DNA of 64,000 nucleotides from Bacilli bacterium (GTDB taxonomy: Bacteria > Bacillota_I > Bacilli_A > ML615J-28 > CAG-698), in NCBI GenBank assembly GCA_050174575.1, contig JBFXJT010000005.1, forward strand, positions 10,553 to 74,552, written 5' to 3'. The notes under the pieces were generated by a model, which was not told the origin of the DNA, searched no databases, and saw nothing but the letters and a program-made list of their open reading frames with translations. The position numbers were made by a program, and so were the translations under genes. The first letter of the stretch is position 1; each line of letters opens with the position of its first letter. This document shows positions 47,272-56,857 of the stretch, piece by piece.

Positions 47272-49194
47272 ATGAAAAAAATTAAAAAAGTATTATTAAT
47301 TATCCTTTTAGTGTTAGCAAGTTCTTCCTTAATTGCTTGCGATGGTTCTTTATTTCCAGACGGAGATCCCATTATTGTTGATGTTAATACACCAACTGGG
47401 GTGACAGTTACCCTTCCACCCAACAGTTCAATCATAGAGGTAGGTCAAACCGTTCAATTAACCGCTGTTGTTGCGCCTTTGACAGCCATCCAAACAGTTA
47501 CTTGGTCGAGCAATAACGATTTAGTTGCTTCAGTTGATGCTAATGGGTTAGTAACGGCCATCGGTGAAGGGCGTGTTAAGATTACAGCCATTTCAAGTAA
47601 AACCGATATTGTTGGTTATACTTATTTAACTGTTGTTCTTGCTCCAATTGAAGTTACAGCTATTAGTATTAGTGGACCAAATGAAGTCCATATTGATGAG
47701 ACAATCAAACTCAATTATTTATTGACTCCTGAAACGGCAACAACCGAAGTAACTTGGTCAGTTGATAATCAAGAACTTGCAACAATCGATGAAAATGGGC
47801 GCATAACAGGCATTGCTGAAGGCTTAGTTAATGTTACAGCAACAACATCTAATCAAATATCAAATACTTATCAAGTTAATATATTAGCAAGAAGTGGAAC
47901 CCCCGAATCAATTTCCATTTTAGGAAGAAGTGAAATTGAAGTGGGAAAAACCGCCCAATTAATAATCTTAGCGACACCTGTGGGAAGTTTAAATGATGTG
48001 ACTTGGGAAAGTTCTAACCCTGAGGTCGCATCCATTGACCAAAACGGTTTGGTAACAGCAATATCCGAGGGAACAACAAATATTGCTGCCATTTCTTCTT
48101 TAGACAATTTAATTCAAGCAACCTTTTCTATTACAACAATCGATAATACTATTAGTGAAGATTTGCAACAAGCAATAATCGATGTCATAGCAAATACAAA
48201 GAGTTCGATACTAGGAGTATCCAATTATGTGTATGATACGACTTTAGAACAATACAAAAAAAGTTCAATTGGCAGTGGTTTTGTTTATGAAGCATGGTTT
48301 GTTTTAAAAGATGGTAGTATTATTACCAATATCGATGAGTTAATTACTTTTGATGATGTGGAAAAATATTGCTATTATTTAGTTACAAATAAACACGTTG
48401 TAGAGGGATCCGATGCTTTAAAAATATATTTATCGGAAGAAGATAAAGAAATCGGAGCAACTTTAATGCAATATGATGATAAAGTCGATTTAGCAGTTGT
48501 TTATTTTGAGCATGACCGTTATTTACAGCCATTAGTTTTAGCTGATTCTGACTTATTAAATAGTGGTGAATTTGCGATTGCCATAGGAAATCCATCTGGT
48601 TATGAGTATTCATCATCAGCAACTTTTGGGATAATTTCACATCCTAAACGTTATATTTCTGATGATACAGACAATGATGGAATAAGCGATTGGGATGCTG
48701 AATACATTCAACACGATGTTGCCATCAATCCTGGTAACAGTGGTGGTCCTTTACTAAATCTTCAAGGTGAAGTAATCGGCGTAAATACGATGAAATTTGC
48801 TGCAACAGATATCGATAATATGGGGTTTTCCATTCCAAGTAATGTTGTTTCTAGTTTAGTAGATCTCCTCGAACAAGGGCTAAAACCTACAAGAGCAAAA
48901 ATTGGTGTTACCGTAATTGAAGTAATTGCTTTACTGGAATCTCCTGATCCCGAAATTATCCTCCCTGAAGGAGCTACTTATGGTTTATATGTCTCTGAAG
49001 TTGCTCCAGGTAGTGTCGGTGCCAATGGCGGTGTTTTACCAAGTGATATTATTTTAACATTCAATGGAGTCGAGCTTTTCCGCTCATTAGCTTTAAGAGC
49101 AGAATTAGGTAAAATAATTGTTGGCTCAAACCAAGAAATCGAAATTACAGTTTTAAGAAATGGTGAGATTATTACTTTAACATTAATCTTTTAA
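47272..49194 (+). CDS. Lipoprotein: three Big_2 Ig-like domains fused to an HtrA/DegP-type (S1C) protease-PDZ unit
   Basis: Lipobox SSLIAC. Three VTW(S/E)S.N..(V/L)A(S/T)(V/I)D.NG(L/R)(V/I)T(A/G)I.EG repeats. Catalytic contexts TNKHV, DLAVV, NPGNSGGPL. Paralog of the upstream gene. Confidence 0.85.
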   Translation: MKKIKKVLLIILLVLASSSLIACDGSLFPDGDPIIVDVNTPTGVTVTLPPNSSIIEVGQTVQLTAVVAPLTAIQTVTWSSNNDLVASVDANGLVTAIGEGRVKITAISSKTDIVGYTYLTVVLAPIEVTAISISGPNEVHIDETIKLNYLLTPETATTEVTWSVDNQELATIDENGRITGIAEGLVNVTATTSNQISNTYQVNILARSGTPESISILGRSEIEVGKTAQLIILATPVGSLNDVTWESSNPEVASIDQNGLVTAISEGTTNIAAISSLDNLIQATFSITTIDNTISEDLQQAIIDVIANTKSSILGVSNYVYDTTLEQYKKSSIGSGFVYEAWFVLKDGSIITNIDELITFDDVEKYCYYLVTNKHVVEGSDALKIYLSEEDKEIGATLMQYDDKVDLAVVYFEHDRYLQPLVLADSDLLNSGEFAIAIGNPSGYEYSSSATFGIISHPKRYISDDTDNDGISDWDAEYIQHDVAINPGNSGGPLLNLQGEVIGVNTMKFAATDIDNMGFSIPSNVVSSLVDLLEQGLKPTRAKIGVTVIEVIALLESPDPEIILPEGATYGLYVSEVAPGSVGANGGVLPSDIILTFNGVELFRSLALRAELGKIIVGSNQEIEITVLRNGEIITLTLIF

Positions 49195-49195
49195 A

Positions 49196-49230
49196 TAAAA
49201 AGACTTGCTACTAAAAAGCAAGTCTTTTTA
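49196..49230. terminator. Bidirectional Rho-independent terminator shared by convergent genes
   Basis: AGACTTGCT-7 nt-AGCAAGTCT flanked by an A-run and a T-run. Confidence 0.85.
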
Positions 49231-49554
49231 TTCACCAAATTTAATAAAATTTAAAATTATTTCCCATTGTTCTTGTATTGCTTTTTGTGATTTATTACAA
49301 GACCCAATCGCAAACATATGGTCGATGCTCGTTTGAAAAAACAAATTTGTGACAATATAAGAATCTTCTTTAAGTAAATCAATTTTTTCAATAGATGATG
49401 GGTTTGAGAAAATTAAATAATCAAAAGTAATATGGCTGTTAGTTTCATATGGTGAAATTAATTTTACTTCATTATTTTTTATACAATAATTGATGTTCGA
49501 TAATAAATTAGCTGGGATGATTTCATCGGTAATGATTAATAAATCGTAATGCAT
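49228..49554 (-). CDS. Hypothetical 108-aa protein resembling a collapsed FAD/NAD(P)-dependent disulfide oxidoreductase
   Basis: ORF with HYDLLIITD at the N-terminus and FAIGSCNKSQKAIQEQ near the C-terminus. No GxGxxG or CxxC motif. Confidence 0.4.
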   Translation of the reverse strand: MHYDLLIITDEIIPANLLSNINYCIKNNEVKLISPYETNSHITFDYLIFSNPSSIEKIDLLKEDSYIVTNLFFQTSIDHMFAIGSCNKSQKAIQEQWEIILNFIKFGE

Positions 49555-49677
49555 ATTTAACTTCTTTCTAAATACTATTATACCTTAAAATGTGGATGAC
49601 TACAACTCAAAAAAAGTGGAATTAATCCTGTTTTTATGATAAAATATAATAATGAAAGTGAATGAGAGGAATATTTT

Positions 49678-50775
49678 ATGGGTTTAACTGCAGGAATTGT
49701 TGGCTTGCCAAATGTGGGAAAATCAACGCTTTTTAATGCGATTACAAAATCACATGTTTTAGCAGCAAATTATCCTTTTGCAACTATTGATCCCAATGTC
49801 GGAGTTGTGGAAGTAAAAGATGAGCGTCTTGATAAGATTGTAGAAATTGTAAAGCCTAGGAACGTTGTTCGTGCAACAGTCTCCTTTACGGATATTGCAG
49901 GATTAGTTAAAGGAGCATCTTTAGGTGAGGGCTTGGGAAATCAATTTTTATCACATATTCGTGATGTCGATGCCATATGCCAAGTTGTTAGATGTTTTGA
50001 TGACTCCGATGTTATTTCTGTGACAGGGAAAGTCGATCCTATCGATGATATTGAAACAATCAATTTAGAATTAGTATTAGCAGATTTGGATGTAGTACAA
50101 AAAAGAATTCCTAAAATTGAAAAAAAAGCACAACTTAAAGTTGAAAAAGATGCAGAAGCTGAATATTTAGCCCTTAATAAAATTAAATCAGCTCTTGAAA
50201 AAGGCCTTTTCGCAACCTTTGCAAATTTAAATGAAGAAGAATTAGCCCTTGTAAAAAACTATAGTTTGCTAACTTTAAAGCCGATGATCTATGTTTTAAA
50301 TATTTCAGAAAATGAAATCAATCAGGACAACAATTATGTTATAGAGGTAAAAAACTATGCACAAAAAACAAATACACCTACTGTAACTATTAGTGCAAAG
50401 ATTGAAGAAGAAATAAGCAGTTTAGATGATGAAACAAAACAAATGTTTCTATCCGATTTGGGTATGGAAGAAAGCGGTTTAGATATTTTAATTAGACAAA
50501 CTTATAATTTACTTGGATTAGCAACATATTTCACTGCTGGAGAAAAAGAAGCAAAAGCTTGGACTTTTACGAGAGGGATGAAAGCTCCGCAATGTGCTGG
50601 AATAATTCACACTGATTTTGAAAAAGGATTTATTCGCGCTGAGATAATTGCTTATGAAGATTTTATAAATTATGGTGGTTTAAACAAAGCAAGGGATGCT
50701 GGCAAAATGCGTTCGGAAGGAAAGGATTATGTTTTTAAAGATGGAGACATTGCCCTTTTCCGATTTAATGTATAA
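49678..50775 (+). CDS. ychF: Ribosome-binding ATPase YchF
   Basis: [29 protein letters not shown]-terminal TGS-like domain. Confidence 0.95.
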   Translation: MGLTAGIVGLPNVGKSTLFNAITKSHVLAANYPFATIDPNVGVVEVKDERLDKIVEIVKPRNVVRATVSFTDIAGLVKGASLGEGLGNQFLSHIRDVDAICQVVRCFDDSDVISVTGKVDPIDDIETINLELVLADLDVVQKRIPKIEKKAQLKVEKDAEAEYLALNKIKSALEKGLFATFANLNEEELALVKNYSLLTLKPMIYVLNISENEINQDNNYVIEVKNYAQKTNTPTVTISAKIEEEISSLDDETKQMFLSDLGMEESGLDILIRQTYNLLGLATYFTAGEKEAKAWTFTRGMKAPQCAGIIHTDFEKGFIRAEIIAYEDFINYGGLNKARDAGKMRSEGKDYVFKDGDIALFRFNV

Positions 50776-50786
50776 ATGAGGTTTTT

Positions 50787-51998
50787 ATGAAAGCAATGAT
50801 TCTTAATATTGGTGAAGAAGTTTTACAAGGAAAAGTAATAAACACAAATGCTAGTTTTTTATCTTTAGAATTACGAAAAATTGGTATTGAAACAGATAAA
50901 ATCATTGTCGTTGGTGATCGCCAACAAGATATTGTTGAACAAATCAATAATTTTATAAGTTGTGACCTAGATATTTTGATTACTACTGGTGGGCTTGGAC
51001 CCACTCATGATGATCTTACAAAAGAAGTTCTAGCAAGTTGCTTAAATTTAGAAATGGAAATTAACAAACAAGCTAGAGATTTACTAAATGATTACTTTGG
51101 AAAAGATATGGCTCCTTGTAATTTAAAACAAGCATACTTCCCTAAAGAAGCAATTTTAATTGAAAACCCATTAGGTACCGCAGATGGAGCAATCCTTGAA
51201 AAGAATCATAAAATATATATTATTTTGGTTGGGCCTCCTCATGAAATGAATCCAATGGTCATAAATTCTGTCATCCCTTTTTTAAAGAATAAAACAGGGG
51301 ATTTTCTTTTATCAAAAGATTATATCGTCATGGGAAATGGAGAATCTAATTTTGAAGAAATTTTAAATCCATTATTTAGAAAATACTCACAGGTAATGAT
51401 TTCTCCCTATGCTAGTTTAGGCAAGATTCGTTATCAAATTGTGAGTTCAAAACAAAACAAACTATATTTTGATGAAATTAATAATGAATTTAGGAAAATA
51501 ATGAAAGACTTCATTATTAGTGAAAATAATGAAGAGATTGAAGAAGTTGTTGTTTCTTTGCTTCAAAAAAAACAATTTATTATTACATTTGGTGAAAGCT
51601 GTACCGGAGGAATGTTAGCATCAAAAATTATTAATGTACCTAATGCTTCTAGAATCCTTAAAGAAAGTTTTATTGTTTATAGCAATGAAGCAAAAACTAA
51701 GTATTTGCATGTTAAGCCCCAAATTCTTCAACAATTTGGTGCGGTTAGTGACCAAACAATTGAAGCCATGTTAGATGGCTTAGATTATGAAACAAAAGCC
51801 AATGTTTGTGTAGCGGTAAGTGGAATTGCTGGTCCAAGTGGTGGAAGTGATGAAAAACCCGTGGGGTTAGTTCATTATGGAATTGACATCAATGGTAAAC
51901 GATGGATAGAACATAAACATTTTAAGGGAAATCGTGAAATGGTGAGACAAAGAGCAACTTTATTCATTTTGTTTAGATTGTGGCAACTTCTTAAGTAA
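50787..51998 (+). CDS. cinA: Competence/damage-inducible protein CinA (MoCF-binding + PncC nicotinamide-nucleotide amidase domains)
   Basis: IGEEVLQGKVINTNASFLS, TTGGLGPTHDDLT, C-terminal ESCTGGMLAS...GIAGPSGG. Confidence 0.9.
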   Translation: MKAMILNIGEEVLQGKVINTNASFLSLELRKIGIETDKIIVVGDRQQDIVEQINNFISCDLDILITTGGLGPTHDDLTKEVLASCLNLEMEINKQARDLLNDYFGKDMAPCNLKQAYFPKEAILIENPLGTADGAILEKNHKIYIILVGPPHEMNPMVINSVIPFLKNKTGDFLLSKDYIVMGNGESNFEEILNPLFRKYSQVMISPYASLGKIRYQIVSSKQNKLYFDEINNEFRKIMKDFIISENNEEIEEVVVSLLQKKQFIITFGESCTGGMLASKIINVPNASRILKESFIVYSNEAKTKYLHVKPQILQQFGAVSDQTIEAMLDGLDYETKANVCVAVSGIAGPSGGSDEKPVGLVHYGIDINGKRWIEHKHFKGNREMVRQRATLFILFRLWQLLK

Positions 51999-52017
51999 TT
52001 TAAAAAGGAAAAAAAGT

Positions 52018-52046
52018 TTGCCATTAAGGTGCAAAAATGATATAAT
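52018..52046 (+). promoter_or_regulatory. sigma-70-type promoter for tex
   Basis: TTGCCA, 17-nt spacer, TGaTATAAT (extended -10). Confidence 0.6.
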
Positions 52047-52079
52047 AACTATGTTGTAATTTTGATGGAGGATATTAAA

Positions 52080-54332
52080 ATGGTAGAAAACAATTATATC
52101 AATGAACAATTATTAAATAAAATCGCTTCTGAGCAAAATGTAAAAATAAACCAAATTCAATCTGTTTTAAAGTTGATTGAAGAAGGGGGCACCGTTCCTT
52201 TTATTGCTCGTTATCGAAAAGAAGTTACTGGTGGTCTAGATGAAGAACAAATTCGAGCTATTTATCAAGAATGGGATTATGGACAAAAATTAGCAGAGCG
52301 TAAAGAAGATATCATGCGCTTGATTGAAGAAAAAGGAAAATTAACTGAAGAATTAAAGCAAGAGATTATCAAGAGCAATAAATTAAGCGAACTTGAAGAT
52401 ATTTATCGGCCGTTTAAGGAAAAGAAAAAGACTAGAGCAACTGATGCTAAACAAAAAGGATTAGAACCTTTAGCAATTTATTTGCTTAGTTTCCCTATTG
52501 AAGGAGATGTTTTATTAGAAGCTGAAAAATATGTCACAAAAGAAATTACTGACGAATTGGAAAAAAACAATTTAGTTGTGAAAAATGTTAAAGACGCTCT
52601 TCAAGGAGCTATGGATATAATTGCAGAGATTGTATCTGATGAACCAAAATACCGCCGTTGGATTCGTAGTTTCTTTGAAAGAAGAGCAGAATTAACTTCG
52701 ACAGTAAAAGATCCTAGTTTAGATGAAAAGAAGGTTTACGAAATGTATTATAATTATCGTGAACCAATTAGCTCAATCAAAAACAAATTACATCGCATTT
52801 TAGCGATCAATCGAGGAGAATCAGAAAAAGTTTTAAAAGTTTCAATAGATGAAGATATTGAACACGTACTTCGTTTTTTACAAAGACAGGTTATTCCTAA
52901 TACTGAACCAATTTCCATTTCTGTGGATTATGTGAAACTCGCCATAGAAGATGGTTATCGTCGTCTTATAAAATCATCAATTGAAAGAGAAATCCGAGCT
53001 GAATTAAAAGAAAAGGCCGAAGATCAATCAATTAAAGTTTTCGCAGAGAATCTAAAACGCTATTTATTAACCCCACCGATGAAAGGGAAAGTTGTTTTAG
53101 GGGTTGATCCTGCGTATCGTACTGGTTGTAAATTAGCAGTTGTTGATGCTACTGGTAAAGTTCTTGAAAAAAGTATTATTTATCCAAATCAACGCAATAT
53201 TAGAGAACAAGTATCGGATGAAAGAACTGAAAGTTCTATTAAAACAATTTTGAATTTAATTGAAAAACATGGCATCGAAGTGATTGCTATTGGAAACGGT
53301 ACTGCAAGCCGAGAAACTGAAAGCTTTATTGCTGATGCATTAAGATTAGCCAATCGAGAAGTTTATTACATAATTGTCAATGAAGCCGGTGCTTCCATTT
53401 ATTCAGCAAGTGAAATAGCTCGAGAAGAATTTCCTGATTATGCTGTTGAAGAAAGATCTGCTGTTTCAATTGCCCGTCGATTACAAGATCCCCTTTCTGA
53501 ACTTGTAAAAATCGACCCAAAATCAATTGGGGTTGGTCAATATCAATATGATGTAAGCCAAGCAAAATTGAATGATTCTTTGGATTTTGTTGTAGAAACT
53601 GCGGTAAATAGTGTTGGCGTAAATATTAACAGTGCTTCGTATTCGCTATTACAAAGAGTTTCAGGTTTAAACAACAAGACAGCAAAATTAATTGTCAGTC
53701 ATCGCAATGAAAATGGTAAGTTCAAAAACCGAAAAGATATTAATATCAAAGGTGTTGGTCCAAAAACATTGGAACAAGCTATCGGTTTTTTACGAATTCC
53801 TGATGGTGAAGAGAAACTTGATATGACAAGTATCCATCCAGAAAGTTATGAAAAAGCTGAACAAATTTTGAAAAAACTAGGATTTACAAAAAATGATATT
53901 GGGTCTTCAGAATTGGTATCTGCAATTAATAAAGCAGATCGAAAAGAATTAATTAAAGACTTAGATATTGGTGAGTATACTTTCAATGATATTTTGGATG
54001 CTTTTATTGCTCCTCTGCGAGATCCACGTGAAAACTTTGATAAACCATTATTGCGTAGCGATGTTCTCCATTTAGAAGACTTAAAACCGGGGATGGAGTT
54101 ACAAGGTACTGTTCGAAATGTTGTTGATTTCGGAGCTTTTGTAGATTGTGGCGTTAAAGAGGATGGTTTGGTTCATCTTTCAAGGATGAGTAAAAAATTT
54201 ATAAAACACCCGCTTGATAAAGTTAGTGTTGGCCAAATTGTGAAAGTATGGGTTGTTAGTGTTGATGTTATAAAAAGCAGAATTGAACTGACAATGATTC
54301 AACCAAATGACAATAATGGAACCAATAGCTAA
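52080..54332 (+). CDS. tex: Tex-family transcription accessory protein (YqgF/HhH/S1 domains)
   Basis: ATG 52080 lies 8 nt after GGAGG. VPFIARYRKE N-terminal motif, YqgF-like GVDPAYRTGCKLAVVD, C-terminal S1 domain GTVRNVVDFGAFVD. Confidence 0.9.
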   Translation: MVENNYINEQLLNKIASEQNVKINQIQSVLKLIEEGGTVPFIARYRKEVTGGLDEEQIRAIYQEWDYGQKLAERKEDIMRLIEEKGKLTEELKQEIIKSNKLSELEDIYRPFKEKKKTRATDAKQKGLEPLAIYLLSFPIEGDVLLEAEKYVTKEITDELEKNNLVVKNVKDALQGAMDIIAEIVSDEPKYRRWIRSFFERRAELTSTVKDPSLDEKKVYEMYYNYREPISSIKNKLHRILAINRGESEKVLKVSIDEDIEHVLRFLQRQVIPNTEPISISVDYVKLAIEDGYRRLIKSSIEREIRAELKEKAEDQSIKVFAENLKRYLLTPPMKGKVVLGVDPAYRTGCKLAVVDATGKVLEKSIIYPNQRNIREQVSDERTESSIKTILNLIEKHGIEVIAIGNGTASRETESFIADALRLANREVYYIIVNEAGASIYSASEIAREEFPDYAVEERSAVSIARRLQDPLSELVKIDPKSIGVGQYQYDVSQAKLNDSLDFVVETAVNSVGVNINSASYSLLQRVSGLNNKTAKLIVSHRNENGKFKNRKDINIKGVGPKTLEQAIGFLRIPDGEEKLDMTSIHPESYEKAEQILKKLGFTKNDIGSSELVSAINKADRKELIKDLDIGEYTFNDILDAFIAPLRDPRENFDKPLLRSDVLHLEDLKPGMELQGTVRNVVDFGAFVDCGVKEDGLVHLSRMSKKFIKHPLDKVSVGQIVKVWVVSVDVIKSRIELTMIQPNDNNGTNS

Positions 54333-54350
54333 AAGCTATTGGTTTTTTTT
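54320..54350 (+). terminator. Rho-independent terminator overlapping the tex stop codon
   Basis: AACCAATAGCT-AAA-AGCTATTGGTT followed by TTTTTT. Confidence 0.85.
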
Positions 54351-54388
54351 GAAAAAAATGGTATAATTCTTGAAAAACGAGGTTCTTT

Positions 54389-55156
54389 ATGAAGCAATAT
54401 CGGGCTGTTCAATTGATATCAGAAGCCATTTTATTAGATGGCATGGCTCAAGCATTATTTTTGAAAGGTTCTTTAGCTAGGCAAGAAGAAGATCAATATT
54501 CCGATGTTGACTTCTATGTTGTTGTTAGTGAAGACAATTTGTTAAAGTTCCTTGATAAACGATTAGATTATTTAAGAAGTTATGCACCTATACTCCATCA
54601 TTTTGAAGAAAATTTTGTTGCTCCACAAATAGTGTGTATTTTTGAAGATGGTCTTCATTTTGATTTTTTTGTTACTACTAAAAATCAAATTAATCATTTT
54701 GATAACATTTCAATCATTTTCGATCCCCATAACTTGCTAGGTAGTTACAAAAAAAGCCCTTTAAATCTTTCCAATCAAGAAATTGCAGGTATTATTAATT
54801 CTTTTTGTTTTACTGCCATAGAATTTTATGCTGCTTATAATCGTCAAGACTTTTTGTTTGCTTTTCGTTTAAGTCACCTTATGTTTGGTGATTTAGGAAA
54901 ATATTTGCGATCAATTGTTGATCCTGATTATGCAAAAATAGGTTTAAAAAGATTTTATGCTAAACTAGAAGAGCCATATAAAACAAGATATTTAGAAATT
55001 GCCAAAAAAATAAGTTTTGATAACAGTTTAATTTCGATCAAAATGATGTTTGTTTTATTTGATAGCTTGATTATGAGTATCCCAATAAGGATTGCGGAAC
55101 ATGTAAATTTTGAGTTTTTTCAATATTCAAAAAAATTGATTATGGGAATGGAATAA
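54389..55156 (+). CDS. Nucleotidyltransferase-domain protein (ANT/KNTase-like)
   Basis: 255 aa. GS...(x10)...DVDFYVVV Pol-beta-type NTase motif (LKGSLARQEEDQYSDVDFYVVV) and a helical C-terminal half. Confidence 0.5.
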   Translation: MKQYRAVQLISEAILLDGMAQALFLKGSLARQEEDQYSDVDFYVVVSEDNLLKFLDKRLDYLRSYAPILHHFEENFVAPQIVCIFEDGLHFDFFVTTKNQINHFDNISIIFDPHNLLGSYKKSPLNLSNQEIAGIINSFCFTAIEFYAAYNRQDFLFAFRLSHLMFGDLGKYLRSIVDPDYAKIGLKRFYAKLEEPYKTRYLEIAKKISFDNSLISIKMMFVLFDSLIMSIPIRIAEHVNFEFFQYSKKLIMGME

Positions 55157-55159
55157 AAT

Positions 55160-56083
55160 ATGAAACATTTATTTATTATTAATCCCGCTGCAGGGAAAAA
55201 AGATCAAAGTAGGACAATCATCGAATTGATTCAAAAATTGGATAATTTTCAAGATATGGAAATTTATTTAACAAAAGGTGTTAATGATGGTAAGGACTAC
55301 GTCCATCAATTTTGTCAAAATCATCCAAATGAACAATTAAGGATTTATAGTTGTGGTGGTGATGGTACTTTAAACGAGGTAGTTAATGGAGCTTATGGAT
55401 TTTCCAATGTTGAAATTGCTTGTTATCCATCTGGATCAGGCAATGATTTTGTAAAATACTTTGGAGAAATTAAAGATTTTTTAAGTTTTGAACATTTAAT
55501 TAATGGAACGGCAATCGATGTCGACCTAATCCGTTTTAATAATCGATATGCAATCAATATTTTTAATTTAGGATTTGATGCTGATGTTGTCGTTCGAATG
55601 CAAAAATACAAAAGATGGCCTTTAATGTCTGGAAAAGGTTCTTATATCATGGGTGTGCTTGTGACTTTTTTAAACAAAATGGGTTATCATTTTTCTTTAA
55701 CAGTAGATGATCAATTACTTTACAGTGGTGAAGGCTTACTTTGTGCTGTAGCCAATTCCATATGTTATGGTGGAGGCTTTTATTGTGCACCAAAAGCTAA
55801 AATTGATGATGGGATAATTGATATTGTCTTAGTAAAAAAAATCTCTCGTTTCTCGTTTATTAGTATGATTAATACTTATAAAGCTGGACGTCATTTAGAA
55901 GTTCCTAGAGTTGCAAAAAACATTATTTATGGGCAGGGGAAAAAAGTTGTTATTTCTTGTAAAGAGCTAATAAATTTTTCAATTGATGGTGAAATGGGAA
56001 AAGCTGATTCTCTTTCATTAGAAGTTGTCCCTAAAGCAATTAAATTCATTATTCCTAATTTTCTAAAAGAAAAGTTAAAATGA
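55160..56083 (+). CDS. Diacylglycerol/lipid kinase family protein (DagK/YegS-like)
   Basis: IINPAAGKK, CGGDGTLNEVVNG, YPSGSGNDF. Confidence 0.85.
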   Translation: MKHLFIINPAAGKKDQSRTIIELIQKLDNFQDMEIYLTKGVNDGKDYVHQFCQNHPNEQLRIYSCGGDGTLNEVVNGAYGFSNVEIACYPSGSGNDFVKYFGEIKDFLSFEHLINGTAIDVDLIRFNNRYAINIFNLGFDADVVVRMQKYKRWPLMSGKGSYIMGVLVTFLNKMGYHFSLTVDDQLLYSGEGLLCAVANSICYGGGFYCAPKAKIDDGIIDIVLVKKISRFSFISMINTYKAGRHLEVPRVAKNIIYGQGKKVVISCKELINFSIDGEMGKADSLSLEVVPKAIKFIIPNFLKEKLK

Positions 56084-56089
56084 TATTGT

Positions 56090-56118
56090 TTGACATTTGC
56101 TTCAAATTTTTATATAAT
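56090..56118 (+). promoter_or_regulatory. sigma-70-type promoter for acpP
   Basis: TTGACA, 17-nt spacer, TATAAT (perfect consensus hexamers). Confidence 0.7.
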
Positions 56119-56143
56119 AATAACTAAATCGAGGAGGTTTACG

Positions 56144-56368
56144 ATGGTTTTTGAAAAAGTAAGAAAATTAATAGCAAAAGAATTAAATTTAAAAGAGGAA
56201 GATATTAAATTGGAATCGAAGATTACAGAGGATTTAGGAGCGGACTCGCTTGATGCTGTAGAATTGATTATGGCAATTGAAGATGAATTCGGTGTTCAAG
56301 TTAGTGATGAAGCAGCTCAAAACATTCGTTCTGTTGGTGATATTGTCAATTTACTAGAAAAAAAATAG
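56144..56368 (+). CDS. acpP: Acyl carrier protein
   Basis: ATG 56144 after GAGGAGG. LGADSLDAVELIMAIEDEFG phosphopantetheine-attachment motif. The ORF-track start at 56090 lies inside the promoter. Confidence 0.9.
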   Translation: MVFEKVRKLIAKELNLKEEDIKLESKITEDLGADSLDAVELIMAIEDEFGVQVSDEAAQNIRSVGDIVNLLEKK

Positions 56369-56377
56369 TTAAAATTT

Positions 56378-56406
56378 GGCCTTAAAGTATTTAAGGTCTT
56401 TTTTTA
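56378..56406 (+). terminator. Rho-independent terminator after acpP
   Basis: GGCCTTAA-5 nt-TTAAGGTC followed by TTTTTTTT. Confidence 0.8.
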
Positions 56407-56470
56407 TGCGAAATAATTTAAATATATATTAAAAAAGTTAATATGAAAATTAAAAATATTTATTTTATAC

Positions 56471-56499
56471 TTGACAATATAAATGTTTTGTTATAAAAT
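56471..56499 (+). promoter_or_regulatory. sigma-70-type promoter for the 4-gene SHOCT-like/DUF2089 operon
   Basis: TTGACA, 17-nt spacer, TAAAAT. The ORF-track ATG at 56483 lies inside it. Confidence 0.6.
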
Positions 56500-56518
56500 A
56501 CTATCGAGAGGTGAGAAA

Positions 56519-56848
56519 GTGAAAACAAAAATCCTTAAGAAAATTGCAAAAGGTGAAATTTCTCCAACTGCTGGTTACGAATTACTTTACAAGCAAAAAA
56601 AATCCAAAGCTCGTTTTGTAAAGTTGCACATGGCCATCGATGAGCACCCGTGTGTCAGCGGATTAATTAATGCTTTGTTTTTTTTGCCTTTTCCAATCTC
56701 CATTGTTGAGAGAATTCTTTTACGAGCAATTAATAACAAAGGAGCTAATATTGATTATCAAACATTTAAAGATCTTCTCAATTATAGTTATGGAACAGAA
56801 ATCCATGTTATAACTGACGAAGCAAAAATTAGGATTGATATATTTTAG
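56519..56848 (+). CDS. Small protein A: N-terminal SHOCT-like helix module + hydrophobic/beta-rich C-terminal domain
   Basis: GTG 56519 after GAGAGGTGAG. KILKKIAKGEISPTAGYELL. The C-terminus GTEIHVITDEAKIRIDIF is homologous to that of protein D. Confidence 0.6.
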   Translation: MKTKILKKIAKGEISPTAGYELLYKQKKSKARFVKLHMAIDEHPCVSGLINALFFLPFPISIVERILLRAINNKGANIDYQTFKDLLNYSYGTEIHVITDEAKIRIDIF

Positions 56849-56857
56849 GAGGTATGT

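Noticed and set aside
54389-55156. The nucleotidyltransferase might be part of an MNT-HEPN toxin-antitoxin pair or an acquired aminoglycoside-resistance cassette.
   Set aside because: There is no HEPN partner. At 255 aa with a helical C-terminal domain, it fits ANT/KNTase-like enzymes instead of minimal MNT antitoxins. No mobile-element flanks are present. Its function is left open.
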